In this document: one piece after another, positions 13,693 to 28,300 of the stretch
Layout of the letters: each line of letters begins with the position of its first letter
Numbering within the stretch: the first letter of the stretch is position 1
NCBI RefSeq assembly: GCF_009914755.1
Contig: NC_060927.1
Source of the DNA: the human T2T-CHM13v2.0 reference genome, Homo sapiens
Length of the DNA stretch: 64,000 nucleotides
Reading direction: 5' to 3' (one strand)
The notes under the pieces: generated by a model
What the model was told of the DNA's origin: nothing
Databases searched by the model: none
The model's input: the letters and a program-made list of their open reading frames with translations, nothing else
Program-made: the position numbers and the translations under genes

Positions 13693-15220
13693 GGCACCCT
13701 GTGATAGGATTTTTCACGTCCTAGGGAGATACTGCTCCTGACAGCAGAGTGGGTGTACACCCTGTGATATTATTTGTAATATCCTAGAAAGATATTGCTC
13801 CTAATATCACGGTGGCTCTACACCCTGTCATATTAATTGTAATATCCTACAGAGATAGTACTCCTAATAATACAGTGGGTGTACACCTTGTGATATTATT
13901 CATAATATATTACAGAGATATGACTCCTGATATCACAGTGAGTGTACACCATGTTTGTACACCCTGTGATCTTATTCGTAACAACTTAGAAAAATATTAC
14001 AGCTAATATCAAAGTGGGTGTACACCTTTCGAGGTTATTTGTTATCTACTAGGTAGATATTACTCCTAATATCACAGTGAGTGTACACCATGTGCGTACA
14101 GACTGTGAAATTATTCGTAATACCCTAGGAAGATATTACTCCTAATATCACAGTGGGTGTACACCCTGTGATATTATTTGTAATCACCTAGGGAGATACG
14201 ATTCCTAATATTACAGTGGGTGTACACTCTGCGATGTTATTTGTAATGTCCTACGAAGATATTACTCCTAATATCAAAGTGGAGGTACACCATGTGTGTA
14301 CACTCTGTGATATACTTCGTGATATCCCAGAGAGATATTTCTAATATCACAGTGGGTGTACACTCTGTGATATTATTTGTACTATCCTAGAGAGATATTG
14401 CTCCCAGTATCACCGTGGGTGTACACCCTGTGATATTATTCATAATATCCTAGAGACATATTACCTCTAATATCACAGTTTCTGTACACCCTGTGGTATT
14501 ATTCATCATATCCCAGCGAAATATTATCCCTAACATCACAGTGCGTGTACACCATGGGTGGACACCCTGTGATGTTATTGGTAATATGCTAGCGCGATAT
14601 TACCCTTAATGTCACAGTGGGTGTACACCATGTGTGTATGCACTGAGATGTTCCTCGTAATATCCTAGGGAGAAATTACACCTTGTGTTACAGTGGGTGT
14701 ACACCATGTGTTTCTATTCTGTGATGCTATTGGTAATATCTTAGAAAGTTATTAGTCCTAGTGCCACAGTGGGTGTATACCATGTGTGTCCACTCTGTGA
14801 TGTTATTCGTATTATCCTAGGGAGATAGTTCTCATAACATCACCGTGGGTGTACATCATGTATGTACTCCCTGTGGTCTTACTGGTTATGTCCTGGGTTG
14901 ATAGTACTCCTAATATCACCGTGGGCGCACACCATGTGTGTACATTCTGTGATGGTATTCGTAATATCCTAGGGAGATATCACTCCTGATGTCATAGTGG
15001 GTGTACAGCCTTGTGATATTCTTGGTAGTATCCTTGGGATGTATTACCCCTGTTATCACAGTGGGTGTACACCCTGTGATACTATTTGTAATATCCTAGG
15101 GAAATATCATTGTATACCCTGTGATATTGTTTGGGACATTTGAGGGAGCTATTTCTCTTAAAGTCAGAGTGGGTGTACACCCTGTAATATTCTTCCTAAT
15201 ATCACAGTGGGTGTACACCG
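13693..15220. repeat. SATR-type satellite, variant A (~61/75-bp monomers)
   Basis: Tandem GATATTACTCCTAATATCACAGTGGGTGTACACCCTGTGATATTATTTGTAATATCCTAGGGA; some units carry an internal CATGTGTGTACAC duplication. Confidence 0.9.
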
Positions 15221-17250
15221 TGATATTTTTTTCTAACATCCAGCGGGGGAGAGGATGATATTGCTTCCAATATCACAGAAGGTGTACACCTCCCTGTGAT
15301 ATTGTTCCTAATATCCAGGGAAGGAGAGGATGACATTACTAGCAATATCACTGGGGGTGTACCACCTCCCGCTGGGATATTGTTCTTAATATCCGGAGGT
15401 GGAGAGAATGATGTTACTCCCAATATCACAAGGAGTGTACACCACCCCTGTTTGTAAACAACCCCTGTGATATTGTTCCAAATGGCCTGTAAAAGAGTAA
15501 ATATGACTCCCATTATCGCGGGGGGTGTTCAGCCCTGATGATATTGTTTTCTGACATCCAAGGAAGGAGAGTATGCTATTACTCCCAATATCGCAGGGGT
15601 TGTACACCCTTTTGTGTTTTTGTGCCCAATATCCAGGAAAATAGAGGATGATAGTACTCCCAATATTGAAGTAATTGTACAAAACCCCTGTAATACTCTT
15701 CCTAATATCCAGAAAGGAAAAGAATGATATTACTCCCAACAGCGAAGGAAACGTATACCCGCGCTGTGGTATCTTTCCCAGTATCCAGGTGGGGAGAGGA
15801 TCATATTACTTCCAATGTCGCAGGGTGTGTACACCCCCTCTGTGATCTCATTGCTAACATCCAGGTTTGGGGAGGATGACATTACTCCCAATATCGCAGG
15901 GGGAGAACATCCCCCCCGTGACCTTGTTAGTCATTTCCTGGGTGGAGAGGATGATATTACTCCCAATATCGCAGGAGGTGTACAAACCCCTGTGAAAATC
16001 TTCCTATATTCAGAGGGAGAGAGGATGATATTACTCCCAGTACCGCAGGGGGTTTACACAGCCCTGTGATACTCTTCCTAATATCCACAGGGAGAGAGGA
16101 TGATATTGCTCCCAATATCGCAGGGGATGTACACACCCCTGTGATATTGTTCCTAATATCCAGAGCGAAAGAGGATGACATGACTCTCAATATCGCAGAG
16201 GGTGTACACCCCTCCTGTCCTATTGTTCTGAATACCCTGGGAGGGAGAGGATAAGGTTACATTGAATATCGCAGGGAATGTACACCCTCCCCCTCTGATA
16301 CTCTTCCTAATGTCCAGGGGAAGAGAGGAAAATTTTATTCCCAATATCGCAGAGGCAGTACACCCCACCTGTGATGTTGTTCCCAATATGCAAGGGGGGA
16401 GAGGATGATACTACTCTCAATACCGCAGGGCTATTCACATCCCCAGTGACATTTTTCCTAATATCTAGTGGAGAGACAATTATATGACAGCAAAGGTCAT
16501 GGGGTCTGTGCATCCCTTCCTGATATTGTTCCTAATATCCAGGGGGGAAGAGGATGATATCAAGTATGAAAGGGGATGTACACCCCCACCCCTACGATAT
16601 TGTTCTTAATAATCGTGAATGGAGACGGTGATATTACTCCAAATATCGCAGGGGTTGTTCACAACCCCCTGTTATATTGTTTCTGATATCCAGGGGGGGA
16701 GAAAATCATATTACTTCCAGTATTGCAGGTGGTGTATACCCCACCTGAAATATTGCACCAAATATCCAAAGAGGGAGATGATGGTATTAATACCAATATC
16801 AAAGTGTGGGTACACGCCCCTTGTGATATGGTTTTTAATATCCAGTGGGCGGGAGGATGATATTATTCCCAACATCCCATAGGGGGTACACTACCCTTGT
16901 GATATTGTCCCTAACTTCCAGAGGGCAGAGGATGATATCACTCCCAATATCTCAGAAGTTGTACATCCCCCGTGATATTGTTCATCATACCCAGGGAGGC
17001 GCAGGATGACATTCCATTGAATTTCGCGACAGGTGTACACGCACAGTGTGATACTGTTCCTAATATCCAAGAAGGGAGAGGATGATATTACTCCCAATAA
17101 AGCAGTGGGTGTACATACCCCTGTGTTACTGTCTCTAATATCCGGGGGCGCTGAGGGCGTGGGGGAGAGGATAACATACCCTCCAATTTAGCAGGTGGTT
17201 TGATGCCCCTTGTGGTGTTGTTTTAAATATCCACAGGTGAAGACAATAGT
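15221..17250. repeat. SATR-type satellite, variant B (~75-bp monomers)
   Basis: Tandem GGAGAGGATGATATTACTCCCAATATCGCAGGGGGTGTACACCCCCTGTGATATTGTTCCTAATATCC. Confidence 0.9.
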
Positions 17251-20200
17251 ACTATTTTTGATAGTCCGATTCATCCGCTCCACTTTTCCAGAACTCTGAG
17301 GCCGGGAGGCGGCATGCAGTTTCCATGTGATCCCCAATACCTTTGCCGTCTTCTGTACCCAGGCAACCAAAAACGCAGGCCCGTTATCTGAGCCCATCCT
17401 TAAGGGCAGTCAAAATCTAGGAATCATACCTCAAAGAAGCACAGGGGTTACTTCACTAGCTTTCTCAGTTCATGTTGGATAGGCCTCCACCCACCCAGAG
17501 TAGGTACGCCCAAGAACTAGTAAATACTTGTTACCTCCACACTTTGGCATCTCTGTGAAGTCTACCTGGAGATCTTCAAAGGGGGCTTCTCCGTAAGCTC
17601 GTATGCCGGGCGGAACGGCTGGACCTTGCCTAGCATCATGCTGTCGGCAGGTAACACACCGCTGCCTCACCGTTTTGGCAAGGGCTGGGAAACGCAAGAT
17701 GTAGAAATACCGGGCTAACAACTTTTCCAGTGACTCCTGACCTACATGGGTGGTTTCTTGCACAGCCAGTACAACTGCGGCTCCTGGCAGCTGTGGCACA
17801 GCTACTCTCCCATCTGGTAACCGAATCCATCTTCCTCCATCACTTGTCCTTCCCTCTACCTGGAGAAAGTCCTTTTCTTCTTTAGAATAAGTACATCCAA
17901 GATCAGGTGCTTGAGGGAACACTGATGTCCAGAAGGGGGCAGATGCTGCTTTTGGAGCCTCTGAGTCAGCGCAGGAATTCCCCAAACCCAGCAAGGTGGA
18001 AGCTTGCTGGTGTCCTCTGCAATGCATAACTGCCACCTTGTGGGGTTTCCATACTGCTTCTAATCATTGCAAGATTACTTGTTGATATTTTCTGTCTTTT
18101 CCCCCAGAGTTCAATAGGCCCTTTTCTTTCTATCATGCTCCATGCACTTGAAGGGTTAAAAAGGCATACCGAGAATCAGTGTAAATGTTTACAGTCTCAC
18201 CCTCATTGAGTTCTAAGGCCCGAATTAAAGCAATGAGTTCAGCTTTCTGGGCTGAAGTGGCCTGGGGCAATGATCTGGCTTCAACAACAGTGTCCAGGTT
18301 ACCACTGCATACCCTGCACCTCTCTTTCCTTGGGCGTTGAAGAAGCTGCTCCCATCCACGTATAGTTCCCAGTCTACTGATGCCCAAGGCTGGTCCTGGA
18401 GGTCAGGTCTGCTAGAGTCAATTGAGTCCAACACTTCTACACAATCAGCCTGGACAGGGCTCTCTGATACCGGGAGCAAGGTGGCGGGGTGTAGGGTGTT
18501 ACAAACTTCAATGGTTATACGGGGATTTTCACAGAGCAAAGTTTGGTACTTGGTGAGTCTAGCATTCGTTAGCCAATGATGTCCTTTAGTATTCATTAAA
18601 GTCACCACAGCATGGGAGGCCTTTATGTTCAGGTTTTGCCCAAGAGTCAGCTTATTTACTTCTTGTACTAGCAGGGCAGTTGCTGCCAAGGCCCTCAAAC
18701 ACAGGGGCCATCCTTTAGAGACCCCGTCTAGTTGTTTAGAGAGGTAGGCCACCGGCCTCTGCCAGGGCCCCACAGTTTGGGTTCAAAGTCCGGCTGCCAT
18801 CTTTTCTCTCTCTCTGACACATAGGTTGTAAAAGGCTTTGTCAGATCGGGTAGCCCTAGGGCTGGGGCTGCCAGACGTTTTTCCTTTAACTCATGAAAGA
18901 CTTGCTGTTGTTGGGATCCCAATTCAAAAGGTTCCCAGTCCCCGCCCCCTTTGTGACCTCATACAAAGGCTTGGCTAATACTGCAAAGTTTGGGATCCAC
19001 AGTCTACAAAACCCCACAGCTCCTAAGAATTCTCTCACCTGCCTTCTACTCTTAGGCTCCGCTAGATTGCAAATTACCTGCTTTCTTTCTGATCCCGGGC
19101 TCCGTTCCGACCCCTGTCGGATAGTAAATCGCAAGTAACGTACCTGCTGTCAGCAGATCTGAGCTTTCTTCTTGGACACCTTCTACCCACAGCCCTCCAG
19201 GTGCCAGTGTAGGGCATCTGTTCCCTTGGCACACCTGACTGCCGTGGGGTGTCCCAGCAGAAGGTCATCAACCTACTGAAGCAACACGCAGCCTAGGTCT
19301 CTGGTGGGAAACTTCTGGAGGTCTCGAGCCAATGCCTCCCCAAAGATGGTGGGAGAGTTCTTGAACCCTTGGGGAAGCCCGGTCCAAGTGTACTGAGTAG
19401 TGACACCTGACTCCGGATCTTCCCACTGAAAGGCAAACAGCTTCTGCCTCTCAGGGGCTAATCTGATAGGAAAGAAAGCGTCTTTCAGGTCCAAGCAGGT
19501 GAACCAGCTGTCCTCAGCTGGCAGCAACCCCAACAATGTGGACGGGTTAGGTACTATTGGAAGTAAAGTCAGTGTAGCTTGATTAAGCAAGCGCAAATCC
19601 TGTCCTGGACTGTAGTCCTTGGTCCGTGGCTTGGGAACAGGCAGGAGGGGAGTGTTCCATGGAGACTGACAAGGAACAATAATTCCAAAAGTTCTTAGGT
19701 GTTTGAGAGGGGCCTGGATACCTTGAAGAGCTTCTCTGGGGACCGGGTCCTGTTTTTGCCTAAGCGGCTGGGCCCCAGTCTTAATTGGCCAATCCCAGAG
19801 GGTTGTCTTCTGCCTGTACTCTGGGCCACCACTCAGCCAGAGCTGGTCTTCTCTCTTGGCCCGGCTCAGTTAAGAAAAGTCTTCATTCCTCCTCTCAGGG
19901 GACCATAAGTGTCATAATGACTGCTGTTCTGGGTAACTTTAGCAGCAAAGAGCCATGCTCTGTCAAAGAGATAGTGGCTCTCAGCTTGCTGAGCAAGTCC
20001 CTTCCCAAAAAGGTCAAGGGACAGTCAGGCATGTACCAAAACTGATGAATGACTTTAAGTCCTCCTACAGTACAAGTCCGAGGAAAGCAGAAAGCTTGCT
20101 TTGCTGAAACCCCCGTGCCTCCGATGACGTCAATAGTCTTTTTGGATAAGGGGGTGACCGGGGCGGTTACTAGCAAATGTTCAGCACCGCTATCTACAAG

Positions 20201-21350
20201 AAAGTCAATGTCTCTACCTCCGACTGTCATTCTGACCAGAGGCTCTTTGGGGATGCTTGAGCCCGGTCTCCCTCAGTCCAAGAACCCTTCTGCCAGGTTG
20301 AGCAGGGCCCCTTCCTCCTTGTCCGGAGCCTCCAGCTCTGAGTCACCTTGTTTTCTTTTGAGCTCAGGGCATTTGTTCTTCTACTGTCCTATTTCTTTAC
20401 CATGAGCACACTGGTTATGCTGCAAACTCTGACAGCCAAGCTGAGTTTCTTTCCCAGGGCCCCCCTTCCCTTGCCTCTTTGGGGGGGCCCCTCTGATTGC
20501 TGCAGCTAACAAACAGGTCGGTGTTTCGCTGGGCCTGACCTCCATTCTCTTTGCCATTTTCCTTAGGGCTTACTGCATCCCTGTTTACAAACACCTGCTT
20601 AGCTATTTCTCATCAATGTGATGTATTCATCCCTGCAAGTCCAGCCTGCTTCTGCAGTTTTCTTCTAACCTCTTCCGCGCTTTGACGGACTAAAGCCATG
20701 TGAATCATGCGCTGATTTTCAGGGTTATCGGGATCAATGGGGAGTATACATACCATAAGCCTCACACAGTCTCTGGTAGAATTGTGCTGGACTTTCTTCT
20801 TTTCCCTGAATGACCTCAGAGACCTTGTTAACGTTTGTGGCCTTCCGAGCTCCCCTCTTGAATCCTTCCAAGAGAGCTTCCCTGTCTCGGTTTAGCCTTT
20901 GCATATCCTCTCTTTCATGTGGGTCCAACTGGAAGTGGGTTCCTGGTGACTGGGTCCTTCCACACTCTTGGGGGTTTTGATAATCAGCTGGTGCATGTTC
21001 CTCTAACCACTTAGTTGCTACGTGGAGCCCTCTCCGCCTTTCACCTTTCATCTCTCTTAAAGAGGAATATGAGCAACCGGTGGCGATCAGCCCAGGTGGG
21101 GTTGTGGGTCTGGATAACAGTTTGGAGCAAATCAATTAGGGCTTGCGGCTTTTCTCTCTAGGACTGGGTATTGTTTTCCCAGTTGAGAAGGTCGGCCGAG
21201 GTGAAGGGCTGGTACATAAAAACATGCCTCTCCACCACGTGACCATCCTCCTCTATCACAGTATACCGCTGCTCTCTCAGGGGCATTTGGATCCCCGTTT
21301 TGGGTCATAAACGAGCTGCCGAGGGAGGGGTGGAATGGCGCAATGTGACT
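17251..21350 (-). mobile_element. LTR-less HERV-E internal fragment (gag CA/NC - pro - RT - RNaseH - partial IN), defective
   Basis: Gag KATNVNKVSEVIQGKEESPAQFYQRLCEAY; gag/pol TGA at 20275-20273; protease FLVDSGA; RT LDLKDAFF, LPQGFKNSP and LQ*VDD (YVDD broken by TAG at 19275-19273); RNase[16 protein letters not shown]; [26 protein letters not shown]. Many frameshifts. Confidence 0.9.
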
Positions 21351-21356
21351 TACCGC

Positions 21357-24300
21357 AATTAATAATCTCAATTATTAATTGATACTAATAATTATCAATA
21401 TTAATAACTGATCATATAATTCTTAAAATCAATACCGATAATAATGAAAATTCCTATTACAGTGTTATACTCACAATAACAATAAATGATTAATATTAAT
21501 GATTAATGACGCCTGGTATTAAAGAGTGATATTGATCTTATTCATTAGAAAACTGTCATATTAGCTCCTAATAATTAATATTAATATTAATAATCAGAAC
21601 ACTATTAGCAATGATTTATTATATTAATATTTATATTGGTAATACATATTCATGTAAATAATAAATGAGGAAGAATTAATATGAATATTATCTCTAATAC
21701 CTCAGTGGGTGTACCCCCACCTGTGATATTGTTCCTAATGTCCAGGGAGGGAGAGAGCATGATATGACATTGAATATCGCAGTAGGTGTACACCCACCCG
21801 GTGATATTGATCCGAATATCATCTCCAGGGGATGGCATATGACGTTACTCCCAAGATAGCAGTGGGTGTGCATCCACCCGGTGATATTCCTCCTAATATT
21901 CCCGGAAGAAGAGAATGCTATTACTCCCAATATCTCAGGAAGTATACACCCCTTCTGTGACATTGTTCCTAATATCCGGAGGGGGAGAGGGTGATATTAC
22001 TCGCAATATCGCAGGCTGTGTACACCCATCCTCTGATATTGTTCCTAGCAGCCAGGAAGGGAGAGGACGATATGACTCCCCATACAGCAGGAGGTGTACA
22101 CCCATCCTGGGATATTATTCCTAATATCCATGGAGAGAAGAAGCTGATATGACTCCCAAAATCACAGGGGTCGTACATCCAGTCTGTGATATTGTTCTTA
22201 ATATTCAAAGGTGGAGAGGTTGCTATTACTCCCAATATCACAGAAAGTGTACAAACCCGTGTACTATTGTTGCTATTATCCAGAAGAAGAGAAGATGATA
22301 TCACCCGCCCATCGCAGGAGGTGTACACTCACTCTGTGATATTTTTTCCAATGTGCAGGGCAGGGGAGGATAATATTCTTCTTAATAGCACAGGGTGTGT
22401 ACAGCCCCACTGTGATATGGTCCTTAATATTCCAAGGCGGAGAGGATGATCTTACTCCCAATACCGCAGAAAGTGTACACAACCCCAGTGATATGGTTCC
22501 CATGATCCAAGAGAGAAGAGGATGATGTTACTTTCAATATCGCACGAGGTGGACACACCCCCAGTGATATTGTTCCTAATTTCAACGTGGGAGGGATGAT
22601 ACTACACGGAATGCCCCTGGGGGTAAAAACACTCCTGTGATATTGTTCTTAATATCAAGGGGAAAGACGATGCTATTACTCCAAAGAATGCAGAGAATGT
22701 GCACCCGTCTGTGACATAGTTGGTAATTTCCAGAGGCGGAGAAGATATTATTGACAATAAGGTGAACACGCTGTGTGACCACCGTGGATCGTCATATCCA
22801 GGGGGGGAGATGGGGGTGATATGACTCCCCGCATCGCGGGGGGCGCCCGCCCCCCTGCGATGTGGATCATCATATCCAGGGGGGGAGAGGGGGGTGATAT
22901 GACTCCCCTCATCGCGGTGGGCGCCCGCCCCCCTGCGACGTGAATCGTCATATCCAGAGGGGGGTGATATGACTCCCCGCATCGCGGGGGCCTCACCCCA
23001 TTGCGATGGGGGTCCTAAGAGCCAGGGGGAGATAGGGGCTGGCTCTTACTCCCCGTACCGCCGGGGGGGGGGGCCTCACCGCCCTGCGACGGGGCTCCTT
23101 AGAGCCAGGGAGGGGGAGGGGCTGGCTCTTACTCCCGGTATCGCAGGAGGTGTGTACAACCCCTGCGATATTGGGAGTAATATCATCCTCTCCCCCTGAA
23201 TATAAGAAACAATATCACAGGAGCATGTACACCCCCTGCGATATTGGAAGTAACATCATTTTCTCCCCCTAGGGATATTCGGAACAATATCACAGTGGGT
23301 GTGTACAGCCCCTGCGACATTGCCGCTAGTATCTCCCTCTCCCTCCCAGGATAGAAGGAAGACTGTCACAAGGGGTTGTATACCCCGTGCGATATTGGCT
23401 GTAATATCTTCCTCTCCCCCGCTGCCCTTTAGGAGCAATGTCACACAAGGGGTGTACATCCCCTGCTATATTGGGAGTGATATCATCCTCTCCGTCCCTG
23501 GATATTAGGAAAAATATCCCTAGGGAGTGGACACCTCCTGCAATATTCAGACTAATATCATCCTCTTGCCGCCTGGATGTTAGGATCAATATCACAGGGG
23601 TGGTTTGCACCCCCGCCGAAATTGGAAGAAATATCATCCTCTTCACCTTTGGATTTTAGGGACAGTATCACGGGGGAGGTCTCCGCCCCCTGCGATATTG
23701 GGAGTCATATCATCCGCTCCCACCCAGGATATTAGGAACAAGATGACCGAAGGGATGTACACCCACTGCGATATCTTCCATAATGTCATCCTCTACCCCC
23801 TGGCTATTAGGAGTAACATCATAGAGGGGTGTACACTTTCTGTGGTATTGGGAGTCATATCCTCTCACCTACGGATATCGGGAACAGTTTTATTAATTAT
23901 TAATATTAATAAATATAATAATTAATAGTAATCATCGATATTAATAACTACAGTGGAGACAGTAAAATTTAATGCTGATTAAAAATATTAATGATTATGA
24001 TTAATAATTAATAACCATATCACTATTAATAACAAAATAATGATATCAGTAATTAGTCTTACTTAAATCCATCATAAGTGATGTTGGTAATAAAACAATG
24101 ATTAATATTAATACTAATAACTAATATTATTTGAAATGACATTAATAGTAAGAATTAATTTTAATCATGCATAACCATGTTTTTAAAATAATGATTAATG
24201 ACTAATAACGTTACACTATTAATTAATATTACCATTGATAATCATTAATGAGACTGATGTTTAATAATTCAGAATGTTCTTACTCCTAATACCGCAGGGG

Positions 24301-27300
24301 TTGTACACCTACCTGTGATATTGTTCCTAATATCCAGGGATGGAGAGCATGATATTAGTTTTAATATCACAGTAGGTGTACACTCACCCTGTGACACTGA
24401 TCCCAATATCCAGCGGGTGGAGTATGACATGACTGCCAACACAGCAATGAATGTACAGCCACCCGGTGATATTGCTCCTAATATTCACGGAAGAAGCGTA
24501 TGATATTACTCCCAATATCGCAGGGAGTGTACACCTCTTCTGTGATATTGTTCCTAATAACCCGACGGGGAGAGGATGATAATAATTCCAGCATGGCAGG
24601 CTGTGTTTACCCACCCTGTGATATTGTTATTAATACCCTGAAAGGGAGGGGATATTACTCCCAATAATAGATAGATATTACTCCTCATAATAGAGCAGGA
24701 GTTGTACACCCACCCTGTGATATTCTTCCTAATATTCAGAGGCTGAGAGGTTGATGTTACTCCCAATATCGCAGGCATTGTACACCCCCTTGTGAGATGG
24801 TCCCTTCATAATATTCCAAGGCGGAGGTGGTGATGTGACTACTTGTATCGCAGAAAGTGTACACCCCCCAGGGATATTGTTCCCATGATCCTGGAGGGAA
24901 GAGGATGATATTACTTTAAATATCACAGAAGGTGGACACGCCCCCACTGATATTGTCTCTAATTGCAACATGGTAGAGGAGGATATGACACGCAATATCG
25001 CAGGGAGTAGACACACCCGTGTGATACTGTTCTTAATATTCAGGGAGGAAGAGGATGATATTACTCCCAATACAGATGGGTGTACACCCGTCTGTGAAGT
25101 AGTTCATAATTTCCAGAGGGAAGATGATATTACTCACAATATGGTAAACAGGCTGTGAGTCCACCGCGGATCCTAAAAACCAGGGGGGGAAGAGGGGCTG
25201 GCTCTTACTCCCCGCATAGCGGGGTGAGCCTCACCCCCCTGCGATGGGGATCATGAGAGACGGGGGGGGGAAGGGGGCTTGCTTTCACTCCCTGCATCGC
25301 GGGGGGTGCCTCACCCCCCTGCGATGGGGGTCCTAAGAGCCGGGGTGGGGGGTAGAGGGGCTGGCTCTCACTCCCCGCATCGCGGGGGGTGTGTACAACC
25401 CCTGCGATATTGGGAGTAATATCATCCTCTCTCCCTGAACATAAGAAACAATATCACAGGAGCTTGTACACCCCCTGCGATGTTGGAAGTAACATCATTT
25501 TCTCCCCCTCCGGATTTTCGGAACAATATCACAGTGGGTGTGTACAGCCCCTGAGACATTGCCGCTAGTATCTTCCTCTCCCTCCCAGGATAGAAGGAAC
25601 AATGTCACAAGAGGGTGTACACCCCCTGCGATATTGGGGGTGATATCTTCCTCTCCCCCGCTGCCTATTAAGAACAATGTCACAGAAGGGTGTACACCCC
25701 CTGCTATATTGGGAGTGACATCATCCTCTCCGTCCCTGGATATTAGGAACTATATCCCTAGGGAGTGTACATCTCCTTCAATATTCAGACTAACATCATC
25801 CTCACACCCCCTGGATTTGAGGATCAATATCACAGGGGTGGTGTGCACCCCCGGCGAAACTGGAAGAAATATCATCCTCTCCACCTTTGGATTTTAGGGA
25901 CAGTATCACGGGGGAGGTCTCCGCCCACTGCGATTTTGGGAGTCGTAACATCCGCTCCCACCCAGGATATTAGGAACAAGATGACCGAAGGGATGTACAC
26001 CCACTGCGATATTTTCCATAATGTCATCCTCTACCCCCTGGCTATTAGGAGTAACATCATAGAGGGGTGTACATTTTCTGCGATATTGGGAGTCATATCC
26101 TCTCCCCTACGGATATCGGGAACAGTTTTATTAATTATTAATATTAATAAATAGAATAACAATTAATAGTAATCATCGATATTAATAACTACAGTGGAGA
26201 CAGTAAAACTTAATGCGGATTAAAAATATTAATGATTACAATTAATAATTAATAGCAATATCACTATTAATAATAAAATAACGATATCAGTAATTAGTGT
26301 TATTTAATCCATTGTAAGTGATGTTGGTAATAAGACAATGATTAACATTAATATTAATAACAAATATTATTAAAAATGACATGAATAGTAAGAATTAATT
26401 TTAATCATGCGTAACCATATATTTAAAATAATCATTAATGACTAATAACGTTATACTATTAATTAATATTACCATTGATAATCATTAATGAGACTGATGT
26501 TTAATAATTCATAATGTTATTACTCCTAATACCGCAGGGGGTGTACACCTACCTGTGATATTGTTCCTAATATCCAGGGATGGAGAGCATGATATTAGTT
26601 TTAATATCTCAGCAGGTGCACACTCACCCTGTGACACTGATCCTAATATCCAGCGGGTGGAGTATGACATGACTGCCAACATAGCAATGAATGTACAGCC
26701 ACTCGGTGATATTGCTCCTAATATTCACGGAAGAAGCATATGATATTACTCCCAATATCGGAGGGAGTGCACACCTCTTCTGTGATATTGTTCCTAATAA
26801 CCCTACGGGGAGAGGATGATAATAATTCCAGCATCACAGGCTGTGTTCACCCACCCTGTGATATTGTTATTAATATCCTGAAAGGGAGGGGATGATATTA
26901 CTCCCCATAATAGAGCAGGAGTTGTACACCCACCCTGTGATATTCTTCCTAATATTCAGAGGCCGAGAGGTTGATATTACTCCCAATATCGCAGGCAGTG
27001 TACACCCCCTTGTGAGATGGTCCTTCATAATATTCCAAGGCGGAGGGGGTGATATGACTACATATATCGCAGAAAGTGTACACCCCCCAGGCATATTGTT
27101 CCCATGATCCTGGAGGGAAGAGGATGATGTTACTTTAAATATCACAGAAGGTGGACACGCCCCCACTGATACTGTCTCTAATTGCCACGTGGGAGAGGAG
27201 GATATGACACCCAATATCGCAGGGAGTAGAAACACCCGTGTGGTACTGTTCTTAATATTCAGGGAGGAAGAGGATGATATTACTCCCAATACAGACGGGT

Positions 27301-27505
27301 GTACACCCATCTGTGAAATAGTTCATAATTTCCAGAGGGGAGATGATATTACTCACAATATGGTAAACAGGCTGTGAGTCCACCGCGGATCCTAAAAACC
27401 AGCGGGGGAGAGGGGCTGGCTCTTACTCCCCTCATTGAGGGGGGTGCCTCATGCCCCTGTGATGGGGGTCCTTAGAGCCAGTGGGGGAGAGGGGCTGTTC
27501 CCTAC
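21357..27505. repeat. SATR-type satellite domain with AT-rich spacers, orientation switches and a ~2.24-kb higher-order duplication
   Basis: AT-rich 21357-21690, 23890-24285, 26125-26520. Forward monomers 21690-23150, 24285-25390, 26520-27505. Reverse monomers 23155-23890, 25395-26125. Unique text recurs at offsets 2239-2240 (e.g. 24301 vs 26541). Confidence 0.92.
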
Positions 27506-27812
27506 GTTGGGGCACTGAGGTCCCTGTTTTCTTTTAAGCTGCCATCGGGGACCACTCTCGGCATCCACAGGCCCCCTTGTATGTGGCCCCATGTCCACTT
27601 GCCCTACTCCAAGCCTGCAGAAGAGCACCTCTCTGCCATGTCCCTTTCTTTTAAAAGACTTGCCTGACTGGTTCAGGTCCACTTAGGTAGCATCCCATGT
27701 TATTAGCTCAAAAGTACTGTAGCCCATCACATTCACTCACAGGAGGGCATTAGCGGAGTGTGGACACCAGGCAGTGAGAATCTCTCAGGCCAGTTTAGTA
27801 TTAAGTTGGTCA

Positions 27813-28300
<488 letters not shown>

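Noticed and set aside
17251-21350. Functional retroviral gag-pol or domesticated RT gene
   Set aside because: YVDD is replaced by *VDD, with many frameshifts and stops and a truncated integrase.
13812-27377. Many 60-146 aa ORFs with GVISSSP / DDITPNI motifs
   Set aside because: Translations of satellite monomers in several frames on both strands.
13693-27505. CRISPR-like array (palindromic repeats at regular spacing)
   Set aside because: Sequence between palindromes is itself repeated, not unique spacers; no cas genes; context is primate DNA.
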